NCBI RefSeq assembly: GCF_000023965.1
Contig: NC_013202.1
Span: forward strand, 1,140,001-1,172,000
Source: Halomicrobium mukohataei DSM 12286
Lineage (GTDB): Archaea > Halobacteriota > Halobacteria > Halobacteriales > Haloarculaceae
DNA: 32,000 nucleotides
Reading direction: 5' to 3'
Below, piece by piece: positions 17,252 to 25,244 of this stretch. Under the pieces are notes generated by a model. The model saw only the letters and a program-made list of their open reading frames with translations. It did not search any database and had not been told where the DNA came from. The position numbers were made by a program, and so were the translations under genes. Position 1 is the first letter of the stretch. The number at the start of each line of letters is the position of its first letter.

Positions 17252-18325
17252 ATGAAAGGCGTCCTTCTCTCAGGTGGCACGGGCTCACGCCTGCGCCCGA
17301 TCACCCATACAGGGCCGAAGCAACTTGTACCAGTAGCAAACAAACCCGTTCTCGAGTACGCGGTCGAAGACCTCCGGGGCGCAGGTATCACCGAGATCGG
17401 CGTTATCCTCGGGAACAAAGGCCGTAACGAAATCCAGAAACTGCTAGGCGACGGCTCCGACTATGGCGTTGAGATCACGTACATTGTCCAAGGAAACCCC
17501 CTCGGCCTCGCACACGCTGCGGGCTGCGCGCGTGACTTCGTCGGCGACGACGACTTCGTGATGTATCTCGGGGACAACATCCTCAAATCGGGCGTCACCG
17601 ATCTCGTCGAAAGCTTTGAGGCGGGTGACTACGGTGCCGGGATCGCGCTGCAAGAAGTCGACGACCCGCAGGCGTTCGGGATCACCGACATCGACGACCA
17701 AGGCAACGTCACAAAACTCATCGAGAAGCCCGACGAACCGCCAACGGATCTCGCGTTGATTGGGATGTACGTCTTCTCGCCGGCGATATTCGACGCTATC
17801 ACGGAACTCGAACCGTCCTGGCGCGGTGAACTCGAGATTACGGACGCCATCCAGCGCCTCCTCGACGACGGGTACGAGATCGACTCGCACGTCGTGACGG
17901 GCTGGTGGAAAGATACCGGCAAGCCCGAGGACATCCTCGAAGCGAACCGTCTCGTGTTGAAAGACAAGGAACTGAATATATCAGGTACTATTGAGGACGG
18001 CGCAGAGACTGACGGCCAGATCGAACTTGCGGACTCCGCGATCATCGAAGCGGATGCGGTCGTCCGTGGACCCGTCTCAATCGCCGAGAACACGACGATC
18101 AAAGACGGAACGTACGTCGGGCCGTACACCTCGATCGGGGCAAACTCCACCCTGGAAGACATCCACATCGAAAACAGTGTCGTCATCGGCGACTCCGATA
18201 TCACCGCCGACGGTCGGATCGTCGATAGTCTCCTCGGGCGCAAGGCGAACGTCGAGAGTGCGGCGGAACTCCTCCCGGAGGGGCGTCGTCTCGTCATCGG
18301 TGAAAACTCTCAGCTCAAACTCTAA
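17252..18325 (+). CDS. rmlA: glucose-1-phosphate thymidylyltransferase, long form with a C-terminal left-handed beta-helix
   Basis: MKGVLLSGGTGSRLRPITHTGPKQLVPVANKP, with hexapeptide-like repeats at the C-terminus. It starts 4 nt after the rmlC stop. Confidence 0.85.
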   Translation: MKGVLLSGGTGSRLRPITHTGPKQLVPVANKPVLEYAVEDLRGAGITEIGVILGNKGRNEIQKLLGDGSDYGVEITYIVQGNPLGLAHAAGCARDFVGDDDFVMYLGDNILKSGVTDLVESFEAGDYGAGIALQEVDDPQAFGITDIDDQGNVTKLIEKPDEPPTDLALIGMYVFSPAIFDAITELEPSWRGELEITDAIQRLLDDGYEIDSHVVTGWWKDTGKPEDILEANRLVLKDKELNISGTIEDGAETDGQIELADSAIIEADAVVRGPVSIAENTTIKDGTYVGPYTSIGANSTLEDIHIENSVVIGDSDITADGRIVDSLLGRKANVESAAELLPEGRRLVIGENSQLKL

Positions 18326-18327
18326 CG

Positions 18328-18507
18328 ATGCGTATCATCACTCACACCTGTCCGGTCTGTGATACCGTCGTCGCGGCGAACGAACTCGAGGACAATCGCG
18401 TGATGAAGTGTCCGGGACTCCGCTGTCAGGAAGTGCTCCGCTTCGAGGAGCTTTCCGAAAACGCACGTGAGCACTTCCTCGAGTACCGAGAGCGCTACCA
18501 GATCTAG
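18328..18507 (+). CDS. 59-aa zinc-ribbon protein (candidate; not in the ORF track)
   Basis: The ATG at 18328 lies 2 nt after the rmlA TAA. The product is MRIITHTCPVCDTVVAANELEDNRVMKCPGLRCQEVLRFEELSENAREHFLEYRERYQI, with CPVC plus CPGLRC. TAG at 18505-18507. Confidence 0.5.
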   Translation: MRIITHTCPVCDTVVAANELEDNRVMKCPGLRCQEVLRFEELSENAREHFLEYRERYQI

Positions 18508-19394
18508 CGGAATGCGTCCCGGACTGCTTCAACATCCTCGCGTATCGTCGGCTGGGACCGCCCCAGCGTCGACTCTACATGTTCAACATTAAGACAGCTG
18601 TACGTTGGTCGTGTGGCGTCTCGTTCGACATCTTCTATCGACCCTTCGCTGAGCAGATCTTCACCAGCGTTGACGTACTCGGCGATCATCTCCCCAAACT
18701 CGTAGGGGGAGACACACGACGAACATGCAACGTGGAAGAGCCCAGTGGCGTCCTGCCCAATCAGATCGAGCAGTGTTTCGGCGGCCTGACCGGCACGTGT
18801 CGGCGTCACCCACTGGTCAGTGAACAGCGGAACGGTCTCGTCCGACTGGTGACGATTACGAATCCATGCTGGGAATCCAGTAAGGTCACCACGACTCCGG
18901 TGGATACCCCAGACGAACGAAAGGCGAGCGATAAGTGTCTCTGGCACTTCACCATGGACTGCCTGCTCGCCCACTAACTTCGACTGCCCGTATACTTGGG
19001 CTGGGTCAGGATCCGCCGACTCACTGTACGGTGTACGCTGTGTCCCGTCGAATACGTAGTCCGTTGACACGTGGATAAAGTCGACGCCATTGGCGTCACA
19101 GTCTGTGGCCAGCTCGCCTGGTGCATTACCGTTGAGTACGTATGCCTGTTCAGGATTTGTTTCACACCCATCAACATCCGTCATTGCAGCACAGTTGATG
19201 ACCACGTCCGGGTCATGTTCAGCGAGGGTCTCGTCAAATGTGTCGTGTTCACCGAGGTCGAACTGCGTGAGCGGGATATCGAACGCTGGCTGTGTCGAGT
19301 GATAGGTTCCACAGACGTCCCACCCGCGTTGCTGACCTGCCAGTACGACGTTACTGCCTAGGAGTCCATTTGCACCGACGACGAGGAGTCGCAT
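18504..19394 (-). CDS. rmlD: dTDP-4-dehydrorhamnose reductase
   Basis: ATG at 19394: MRLLVVGANGLLGSNV... with VINCAAMTDVDGCE and STDYVFDG motifs. The track start at 19679 is an antisense extension into rmlB. Confidence 0.85.
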   Translation of the reverse strand: MRLLVVGANGLLGSNVVLAGQQRGWDVCGTYHSTQPAFDIPLTQFDLGEHDTFDETLAEHDPDVVINCAAMTDVDGCETNPEQAYVLNGNAPGELATDCDANGVDFIHVSTDYVFDGTQRTPYSESADPDPAQVYGQSKLVGEQAVHGEVPETLIARLSFVWGIHRSRGDLTGFPAWIRNRHQSDETVPLFTDQWVTPTRAGQAAETLLDLIGQDATGLFHVACSSCVSPYEFGEMIAEYVNAGEDLLSEGSIEDVERDATRPTYSCLNVEHVESTLGRSQPTIREDVEAVRDAFR

Positions 19395-19446
19395 ACTGTA
19401 GTGTTCCGACAGTAATGTAAATAGGTGCTGCGAACATGGGCTATAC

Positions 19447-20373
19447 ATGCGAATACTCGTCACTGGTGGTGCTGGGTTCATCGGCTCGAACTTCGTCCAC
19501 CACGTCCTCGACGAACACGAGGATGATGAAGTGATCACGCTAGACGCGCTGACGTACGCAGGCTCGAAGGACAATCTCGATGGCGTACTCGACGATCCAC
19601 GCCACGAGTTTGTCGAAGGAGACATCCGCGACCACGATCTTGTCACTGATCTCGTCGACGATATCGATGCAATCGTCAACTTCGCGGCAGAGTCCCATGT
19701 TGACCGGTCAATTGAAGGTTCGAAACCCTTCGTGACGACGAATGTTCAGGGGACGCAGACACTCCTCGACGCAGCTAACGAGGCAGATATCGATCGCTTC
19801 CTCCAGATTTCGACGGATGAAGTGTATGGCCAGATTCTCGACGGCAAGTTTTCCGAAAACGACTCGCTCAATCCTCGAAACCCGTACGCTGCAACGAAGG
19901 CCGGTGCGGACCTCCTCGCACAGAGCTTCCAGACGACCCATGATCTTCCCGTCCTCATCACGCGTACCTGCAACAACTTCGGCCCGCGTCAACATCCCGA
20001 GAAACTCATCCCAAAATTCATCCAGAACGCCGACAGTGGTGAGGAGCTGCCTGTATACGGCGATGGATTGAACGTCCGTGAGTGGATTTACGTTGAGGAT
20101 AACTGCCGAGCACTTGATATTATTCTCCGAGAGGGTGATGTCGGCGATGTCTACAACATCGGGAGTTACGCCGAGAAAACGAACCTCGAAGTCACAGAAG
20201 CGATTCTGGACGCCGTCGATGCAGACGACGACCTGATCACATTTGTGGACGACCGCGCTGGCCACGACCAGCGGTACGCACTCGAAACCGAGAAGATTGA
20301 AGCACTCGGTTGGAAACCGGAGTACACGTTCGAAGAGGGTCTCGAACGAACAGTTAACTACTACCTCAACTGA
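19447..20373 (+). CDS. rmlB: dTDP-glucose 4,6-dehydratase
   Basis: MRILVTGGAGFIGSNFV, FAAESHVDRS, STDEVYG, and NPYAATKAGADLL (the YxxxK motif). Confidence 0.9.
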   Translation: MRILVTGGAGFIGSNFVHHVLDEHEDDEVITLDALTYAGSKDNLDGVLDDPRHEFVEGDIRDHDLVTDLVDDIDAIVNFAAESHVDRSIEGSKPFVTTNVQGTQTLLDAANEADIDRFLQISTDEVYGQILDGKFSENDSLNPRNPYAATKAGADLLAQSFQTTHDLPVLITRTCNNFGPRQHPEKLIPKFIQNADSGEELPVYGDGLNVREWIYVEDNCRALDIILREGDVGDVYNIGSYAEKTNLEVTEAILDAVDADDDLITFVDDRAGHDQRYALETEKIEALGWKPEYTFEEGLERTVNYYLN

Positions 20374-20375
20374 TC

Positions 20376-20834
20376 ATGGCTGACACAGAGAAACCAATCC
20401 CTCCGATGGAGTGGCAAGCAATCGTGAAGAACGTCCCCATAGTCTCTGTCGATCTCGTCGTCGAACACGATGGCGGTGTGCTCCTTGGAAAGCGGAAAAA
20501 CGAGCCCGCCAAAGGAGAATGGTTCGTGCCCGGAGGAACTGTACTGAAAAATGAGACGCGTACCGATGCAGTCCATCGCGTCGCCGACGAGGAAATTGGA
20601 GAACAAGTCGTCATTGACGAGTGTCTCGGAACATACGAACACTTCTACGATGCGTCCGAGATCAACGGCGTCGATTCGAAACACTACGTGGTGACCGCGT
20701 ACCGATGCCATATCGAATCTAATAATTCAGATATCAGCAGCGACGACCAACACAGCGCATTCGAAGTGTTTCACCCTCCCTTCGACAAATACCATCCATA
20801 CGTCGAACGCTATCTGAACGATCTTGACTACTGA
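20376..20834 (+). CDS. Nudix hydrolase (GDP-mannose mannosyl hydrolase-like)
   Basis: Near-canonical Nudix box GGTVLKNETRTDAVHRVADEEIGE (G-x5-E-x7-R-V-A-x-E-E-x-G, with R-V in place of R-E). It starts 2 nt after the rmlB stop. Confidence 0.75.
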   Translation: MADTEKPIPPMEWQAIVKNVPIVSVDLVVEHDGGVLLGKRKNEPAKGEWFVPGGTVLKNETRTDAVHRVADEEIGEQVVIDECLGTYEHFYDASEINGVDSKHYVVTAYRCHIESNNSDISSDDQHSAFEVFHPPFDKYHPYVERYLNDLDY

Positions 20835-20879
20835 CGACGAGTACGACGACGAAGCCTTGAACTATGGACAGTGGCGTAT

Positions 20880-21363
20880 GTTACGCCCATACTTCCCCTT
20901 CCTGTAACCGTCACTCAGCCTTGACCCAATTCTCGGGATAATCTTCGTCGATCCGTCACGCCTCAAGCCCGATATCATCAATCGTTCCCCCGCTCTGGAT
21001 CAACAAGTCATCGCCTAGCTAATCTCAGTACCTCACAAAGCATCGCCAGTTAACCGGACCTGAGTCACCTGTTCTTTCTCGTGCTGGCGCCTCATTACGC
21101 TTCGAAGTTCGCCTAGAACACGTTGTCGCCGAGCATGAGTCGTCGTCGACGTGCTCCTCAACGGTGAACAGTGCGTGCGCGAGCCCCTGCTGTTCGCGCT
21201 AGTGGGCGTACATGATCGGAATCCTCTCATACGTATTGCCGTAGCGGTCGATGATCTTCTCGTTAAGATACCCCACGACGATGACGACGAACTCGTCAGC
21301 ACCGTGCTCGGTGAGCGGCCGTAGTCACGTTACCTCACCCTCAGCTAACACGACAGCTTGCAT
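20880..21363 (-). pseudogene. sugar-phosphate nucleotidyltransferase (RmlA/AglF-like), decayed
   Basis: From the ATG at 21363 the minus strand reads MQAVVLAEGEVT*LRPLTEHGADEFVVIVGYLNEKIIDRYGNTYERIPIMYAH*REQQGLAHALFTVEEHVDDD. It continues after frameshifts as MLGDNVF*, then ..DDLLIQSGGTIDDIGLEA*RIDEDYPE. There are in-frame stops (TGA at 21325-21327), frameshifts and internal deletions. Confidence 0.6.
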
Positions 21364-21500
21364 ACACTGAGAGTGCTGGGACACCCAGATATTTTTGTTC
21401 GCTTGGCACTCTGTTCACGAGCCCACCGCTGGACACGGGCAGCTTCAGCCCGCGTCCGGCTCCCGGTAGGTCGCTAGGATACTAACACCGCATGCGTTCG

Positions 21501-21515
21501 GGCGTGTTTAGACGC
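21501..21515. repeat. left terminal inverted repeat of the IS5-type element
   Basis: GGCGTGTTTAGACGC. Its inverted partner is at 22418-22433. Confidence 0.65.
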
Positions 21516-21550
21516 TAGTAAGAGCGGCTAAATGTCTAACTTACTAGGGA

Positions 21551-22405
21551 GTGAAGCGGGAAGACGAGTTTGTGTCCAGCAAACTCGCCCGCTTCACTGA
21601 TCGGGTTGTCTCGCTTGCTCAAAAAGCCGTCGTCGGCGAACCAGATCCAGCGTACGAAGAAGGAGAAAACGGCTACGCAGATTGGGTGATCGTGGCGATT
21701 CACGGCCTCCGCGAGTATCTTGATCACACGTATCGGCGGTTGCTGGACGTGCTCCACGAGATGCATGGAATTGTCGCTAAACTCGACCTAGCGGTGGCTG
21801 ATCTGCCTGATTTCACGACCGTGTGTGCGCGCAAGCAGGATCTGGAAATGCGTATTTGGCGCGTCTTGCTGCGGCTGTCGGCGGAGTTGCACGACCTCGG
21901 TGATGTTCAGGCAATTGACGCAACCGGCATGGATCGGATTGCTGCCAGCCAACACTACGCAAAACGGACGAACTACACGTTCGAGGCGGTGAAAACGACC
22001 CTTCTGAGTGACTGCAAGACTGGTGCGATCCTAGATATACATTGCTCGATGAAACAACCGCACGATTCCAAGATCGGCTGGCAGATGGTCAAACGCAATC
22101 TCGACAAACTGAATATTCTCACCGCCGACAAAGGCTACGACTGGTGGTTACTTCGCCAAAGACTGCGTGCAGAAGGCGTTAAACCGGTGATCAAGCACCG
22201 CGAATTCGGCTGGCACGGCATCGCCAACAATTTCTTGCAAGATGATACGATCTACCATCAACGCTCGAACGCCGAATCCACGTTTTTCGCGCTGCGACGC
22301 AAATACGGCGAGATCGTTCGGGCTCGAACCTGGTTCGGTCAGTTCCGCGAACTCGTTCTGAAATGTGCTGTCAGAAACATCGAACTCAGCGTCAGCCACT
22401 CATGA
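21551..22405 (+). CDS. IS5-family DDE transposase
   Basis: 284 aa with IDATGMDR...ADKGYDW...QRSNAESTFFALRRKYGE, the DDE pattern of haloarchaeal IS5/ISH9-type transposases. Confidence 0.85.
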   Translation: MKREDEFVSSKLARFTDRVVSLAQKAVVGEPDPAYEEGENGYADWVIVAIHGLREYLDHTYRRLLDVLHEMHGIVAKLDLAVADLPDFTTVCARKQDLEMRIWRVLLRLSAELHDLGDVQAIDATGMDRIAASQHYAKRTNYTFEAVKTTLLSDCKTGAILDIHCSMKQPHDSKIGWQMVKRNLDKLNILTADKGYDWWLLRQRLRAEGVKPVIKHREFGWHGIANNFLQDDTIYHQRSNAESTFFALRRKYGEIVRARTWFGQFRELVLKCAVRNIELSVSHS

Positions 22406-22417
22406 CCGTGAAATCAC

Positions 22418-22433
22418 GCGTCTAAACAAGGCC
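22418..22433. repeat. right terminal inverted repeat of the IS5-type element
   Basis: GCGTCTAAACAAGGCC is the reverse complement of GGCCTTGTTTAGACGC. Confidence 0.65.
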
Positions 22434-23063
22434 TATTAGAGTATATACCTCGCGCCTTCTGCCCAACTATTGTACAGCTAAATTCGCGCTTAAGTCCGTG
22501 CTTTCGACATCCGACGATTCTATACAACCTCAGATATATGAATAATATTTGGTGGGAATTATTGTATGACAGGCACCTACTATCTAAATTTCACTATATC
22601 ACAAAGCCGATTAGATAGAACGTCTGCTTGCTGATGGTGGATTCAAGACCAAGCAAGCAGGTGAAATCCACGAAGACCAACTCCATATCCTTCTCATCAA
22701 CACGCTCAGCGATAAATTGACTTGACATCGGCGCTAGGCTGAAATCGAAGCTAAGGAGATCTACGAGGTTCTCATCGAGATATACACCGACGGACCTCGG
22801 TCTCTACGCTGTGTGGTTCCAGTGAGAACTCACCGCCTACGAATACGGTTCTCTACCATCTCCGGACGAAGTTCGAGCCGGACCAACTTGTACGAGTCGC
22901 TAACACACTCCTTCGGCGAGATGTCGTCGAATTTTCCCGAGTCAGTGGTGGTCTGTGTGCCATTCACAGATTTCACCCGAGAAGAATCGAGCACCCCCGC
23001 CCTTTCAGCGTCTCCAGTTCAATGACCTTTGTTTGAACACTACCACCCATTTCGACCATAGAG

Positions 23064-23071
23064 TTTTCAAA
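23064..23071 (+). promoter_or_regulatory. TATA-like box candidate for the symporter operon
   Basis: TTTTCAAA is centred about 27 nt upstream of the GTG at 23092 and 33 nt upstream of the ATG at 23101. That spacing would give a leaderless or very short-leader transcript. Sequence inspection only. Confidence 0.3.
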
Positions 23072-23100
23072 CAGGCGTTAGTACCGGCCCAGTGTACATC

Positions 23101-23559
23101 ATGAAAAATGGTGATGCTGGCAGCGACAGGACAGTCGACTCGTCGGCCGACGAGTCAACGACCGATTCGGAACCGCGGCCGGACGGCGGCGTCGCGACCG
23201 GCGACGAGGTGGCGTACCTCGACGCAGAAGTCAACATCTTCAGTCCGTCGACGCCGTTCATGCGCGACCACCTGCGGATCATCTGGTCGGGCTTCGTCGC
23301 GTGGCTGCTCATCGTGTTCGGCCCGGTGTCGCTGACGCCGATCATCCCCGGCGTGATGACGGCACCCATCCCGGTCATCGGGTTCCCGCTGCACTACTTC
23401 CTGGTCGGGATCGGCGCGCCCGTCGGCGCGTTGCTCCTGTCGATCTGGTACGCCCGCAAGCGTGACGCCCTCGACGAGGAGTACGGGATCAGCCACGAGA
23501 CCGAGCCCGAGCCGGAGACGGAGGTCGCGGCCGCGGCCGACGGAGGGACGGCCGAATGA
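23101..23559 (+). CDS. DUF4212-type small membrane subunit of a sodium:solute symporter
   Basis: An acidic N-terminus is followed by two hydrophobic helices (RIIWSGFVAWLLIVFGPVSL, FPLHYFLVGIGAPVGALLLSIWYARKRD). Its stop overlaps the symporter ATG (ATGA). An alternative start is the GTG at 23092. Confidence 0.75.
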   Translation: MKNGDAGSDRTVDSSADESTTDSEPRPDGGVATGDEVAYLDAEVNIFSPSTPFMRDHLRIIWSGFVAWLLIVFGPVSLTPIIPGVMTAPIPVIGFPLHYFLVGIGAPVGALLLSIWYARKRDALDEEYGISHETEPEPETEVAAAADGGTAE

Positions 23560-25244
23560 GCGGGCTCCTCCTCCAGTCGGGCCTGCTCCCGGAGGGGCTG
23601 GAGATTTCCTTCAAGCTCATCCCCGGGATCATGGTCACGGCCATGCTCTTGCTCTTTCTGGCGGTCGGCTACGTGTTCAAGGTGGCAGACACCGAGGGCA
23701 TGTGGGTCGCCGGCCGCTCGATCGGCAACGTCGAGAACGGGATGGCGATCGGCGCGAACTGGATGTCTGCGGCCTCCTACCTCGGGATGGCCGCGACGAT
23801 CGCGCTGTTTGGCTTCTACGGACTGGCCTTCGTCGTCGGCTGGTCGACGGGCTACTTCATCCTCCTGATCTTCATGGCCGCCCAGATGCGCCGGTTCGGG
23901 AAGTACACCGCGCCGGACTTCGTCGGCGACCGGTTCAACTCCGACAGCGCACGCGCGATGGCGGCCGTGACGACGTTCCTCATCGGGTTCGTCTACGCGA
24001 TCGGTCAGGCCCGCGGAATGGGGCTGGTCGGACTGTACATCTTCGGCGACATCGGCATCCCCGGGCTCTCGGGGTACCAGTCGATGGTCGTGTTGATGAT
24101 GGCGATCACGGTCGGCTACCTCACGCTGTCGGGCATGCTGGGCGCGACCAAGAACATGACCGTCCAGTTCGTCATCCTCATCGTCGCGTTCCTGGCCGGC
24201 CTCTACGCGGTCGGGTACACCCAGGGGTACTCGACGGTGTTGCCCCAGCTCGAGTACGGTCGACTGATCGGCGCGCTCAGCGCCGAGTTCAGCGAGCCGT
24301 TCACCACCGAGAGCTACTACACGTGGATCGCGACGGCCTTCACGCTCGTCGTCGGGACCTGTGGCTTGCCCCACGTACTGGTGCGGTTCTACACGGTCGA
24401 GAGCGAGCGGACGGCCCGCTGGTCGACGGTCTGGGGCCTCTTTTTCATCTGCCTGCTGTACCTGAGCGCGCCGGCCTTCGCCGCCTTCGGGACCGACCTC
24501 TACGCCAACGAGATCGGTGCCGTCTACGGCGATCCCGGGATGTCCAGTGCCGCGGGCGACGTGATCGTCGTGCTGGCGACCCAGCTGGCGGGACTGCCAG
24601 AGTGGTTCGTCGGCCTCGTCGCTTCCGGCGGGATCGCCGCCGCGATCGCGACGACCGCCGGCCTCTTTATCGCCGGCTCCTCGGCGATCTCTCACGACAT
24701 CTACAAGGGACTGATCAACCCCGACGCGACTCAGCGCCAGCAGGTGTTGGTCGGTCGCCTGAGCATCGTCGCGCTGGGCGTCATCACGACGCTCGCGGCG
24801 CTGGATCCCGCAGCACCGATTGCCGCGCTGGTGACCTACGCGTTCTCGCTCGCGGGCTCCGTGCTCTTCCCGATGTTCTTCCTCGGGCTCTGGTGGGAGA
24901 ACACGAACCGACAGGGCGCACTGGCCGGGATGTCGACCGGCCTCGTCGTCTGGCTCATCCCCATGGTCAACGAGGTGGTCCCGAGCTACGGGCTCCTCGC
25001 GGGTGCAGCCGGCTCTGACGGCGTGCTCTCGGCCACCCTCGCACAGTGGCTCCCGGCGATCGGCTCGGCGCTCGTCGCCGCACCGCTGGTGTTCGTCGTC
25101 ACGATCGCCGTCTCGATGGCCACAGAGGAACCGCCACTGGAGACCAAGCGGATGGTTCGCCAGTGTCACAGTCCGGAACCGATGGGACAACAGCAGACGG
25201 CCGAAGAGGTCGTCAGCGGTGCGGAAACGCCGGGTGATGACTGA
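23556..25244 (+). CDS. sodium:solute symporter family permease (ActP/VC_2705-like)
   Basis: 562 aa and polytopic, with GRSIGNVENGMAIGANWMSAASYLGMA and GLPHVLVRFYT motifs typical of SSS-family acetate/monocarboxylate permeases partnered with DUF4212. Confidence 0.9.
   Translation: MSGLLLQSGLLPEGLEISFKLIPGIMVTAMLLLFLAVGYVFKVADTEGMWVAGRSIGNVENGMAIGANWMSAASYLGMAATIALFGFYGLAFVVGWSTGYFILLIFMAAQMRRFGKYTAPDFVGDRFNSDSARAMAAVTTFLIGFVYAIGQARGMGLVGLYIFGDIGIPGLSGYQSMVVLMMAITVGYLTLSGMLGATKNMTVQFVILIVAFLAGLYAVGYTQGYSTVLPQLEYGRLIGALSAEFSEPFTTESYYTWIATAFTLVVGTCGLPHVLVRFYTVESERTARWSTVWGLFFICLLYLSAPAFAAFGTDLYANEIGAVYGDPGMSSAAGDVIVVLATQLAGLPEWFVGLVASGGIAAAIATTAGLFIAGSSAISHDIYKGLINPDATQRQQVLVGRLSIVALGVITTLAALDPAAPIAALVTYAFSLAGSVLFPMFFLGLWWENTNRQGALAGMSTGLVVWLIPMVNEVVPSYGLLAGAAGSDGVLSATLAQWLPAIGSALVAAPLVFVVTIAVSMATEEPPLETKRMVRQCHSPEPMGQQQTAEEVVSGAETPGDD

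Larger units (their letters stand above)
21501..22433 (+). mobile_element. IS5-family (ISH9-like) insertion sequence, apparently intact
   Basis: A single transposase ORF is bounded by imperfect terminal inverted repeats that share the 11-nt core TGTTTAGACGC. No flanking direct repeat was seen. Confidence 0.7.

Noticed and set aside
21033-21302. 89-aa minus-strand ORF as a real gene
   Set aside because: It is a wrong-frame read through the decayed nucleotidyltransferase pseudogene. The Ser/Thr/Arg-rich translation has no family resemblance.
22813-23025. 70-aa plus-strand ORF at the island edge
   Set aside because: It has no recognisable motif or start context and sits in a region where all frames are fragmented. 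It is treated as remnant DNA.
23394-25190. 598-aa minus-strand ORF, plus the 518-aa +2 frame ORF at 23462-25018
   Set aside because: These are antisense or off-frame to the clearly recognisable sodium:solute symporter. Their Arg/Asp/Gly/His-rich low-complexity translations are typical of non-coding frames in ~68% GC DNA.
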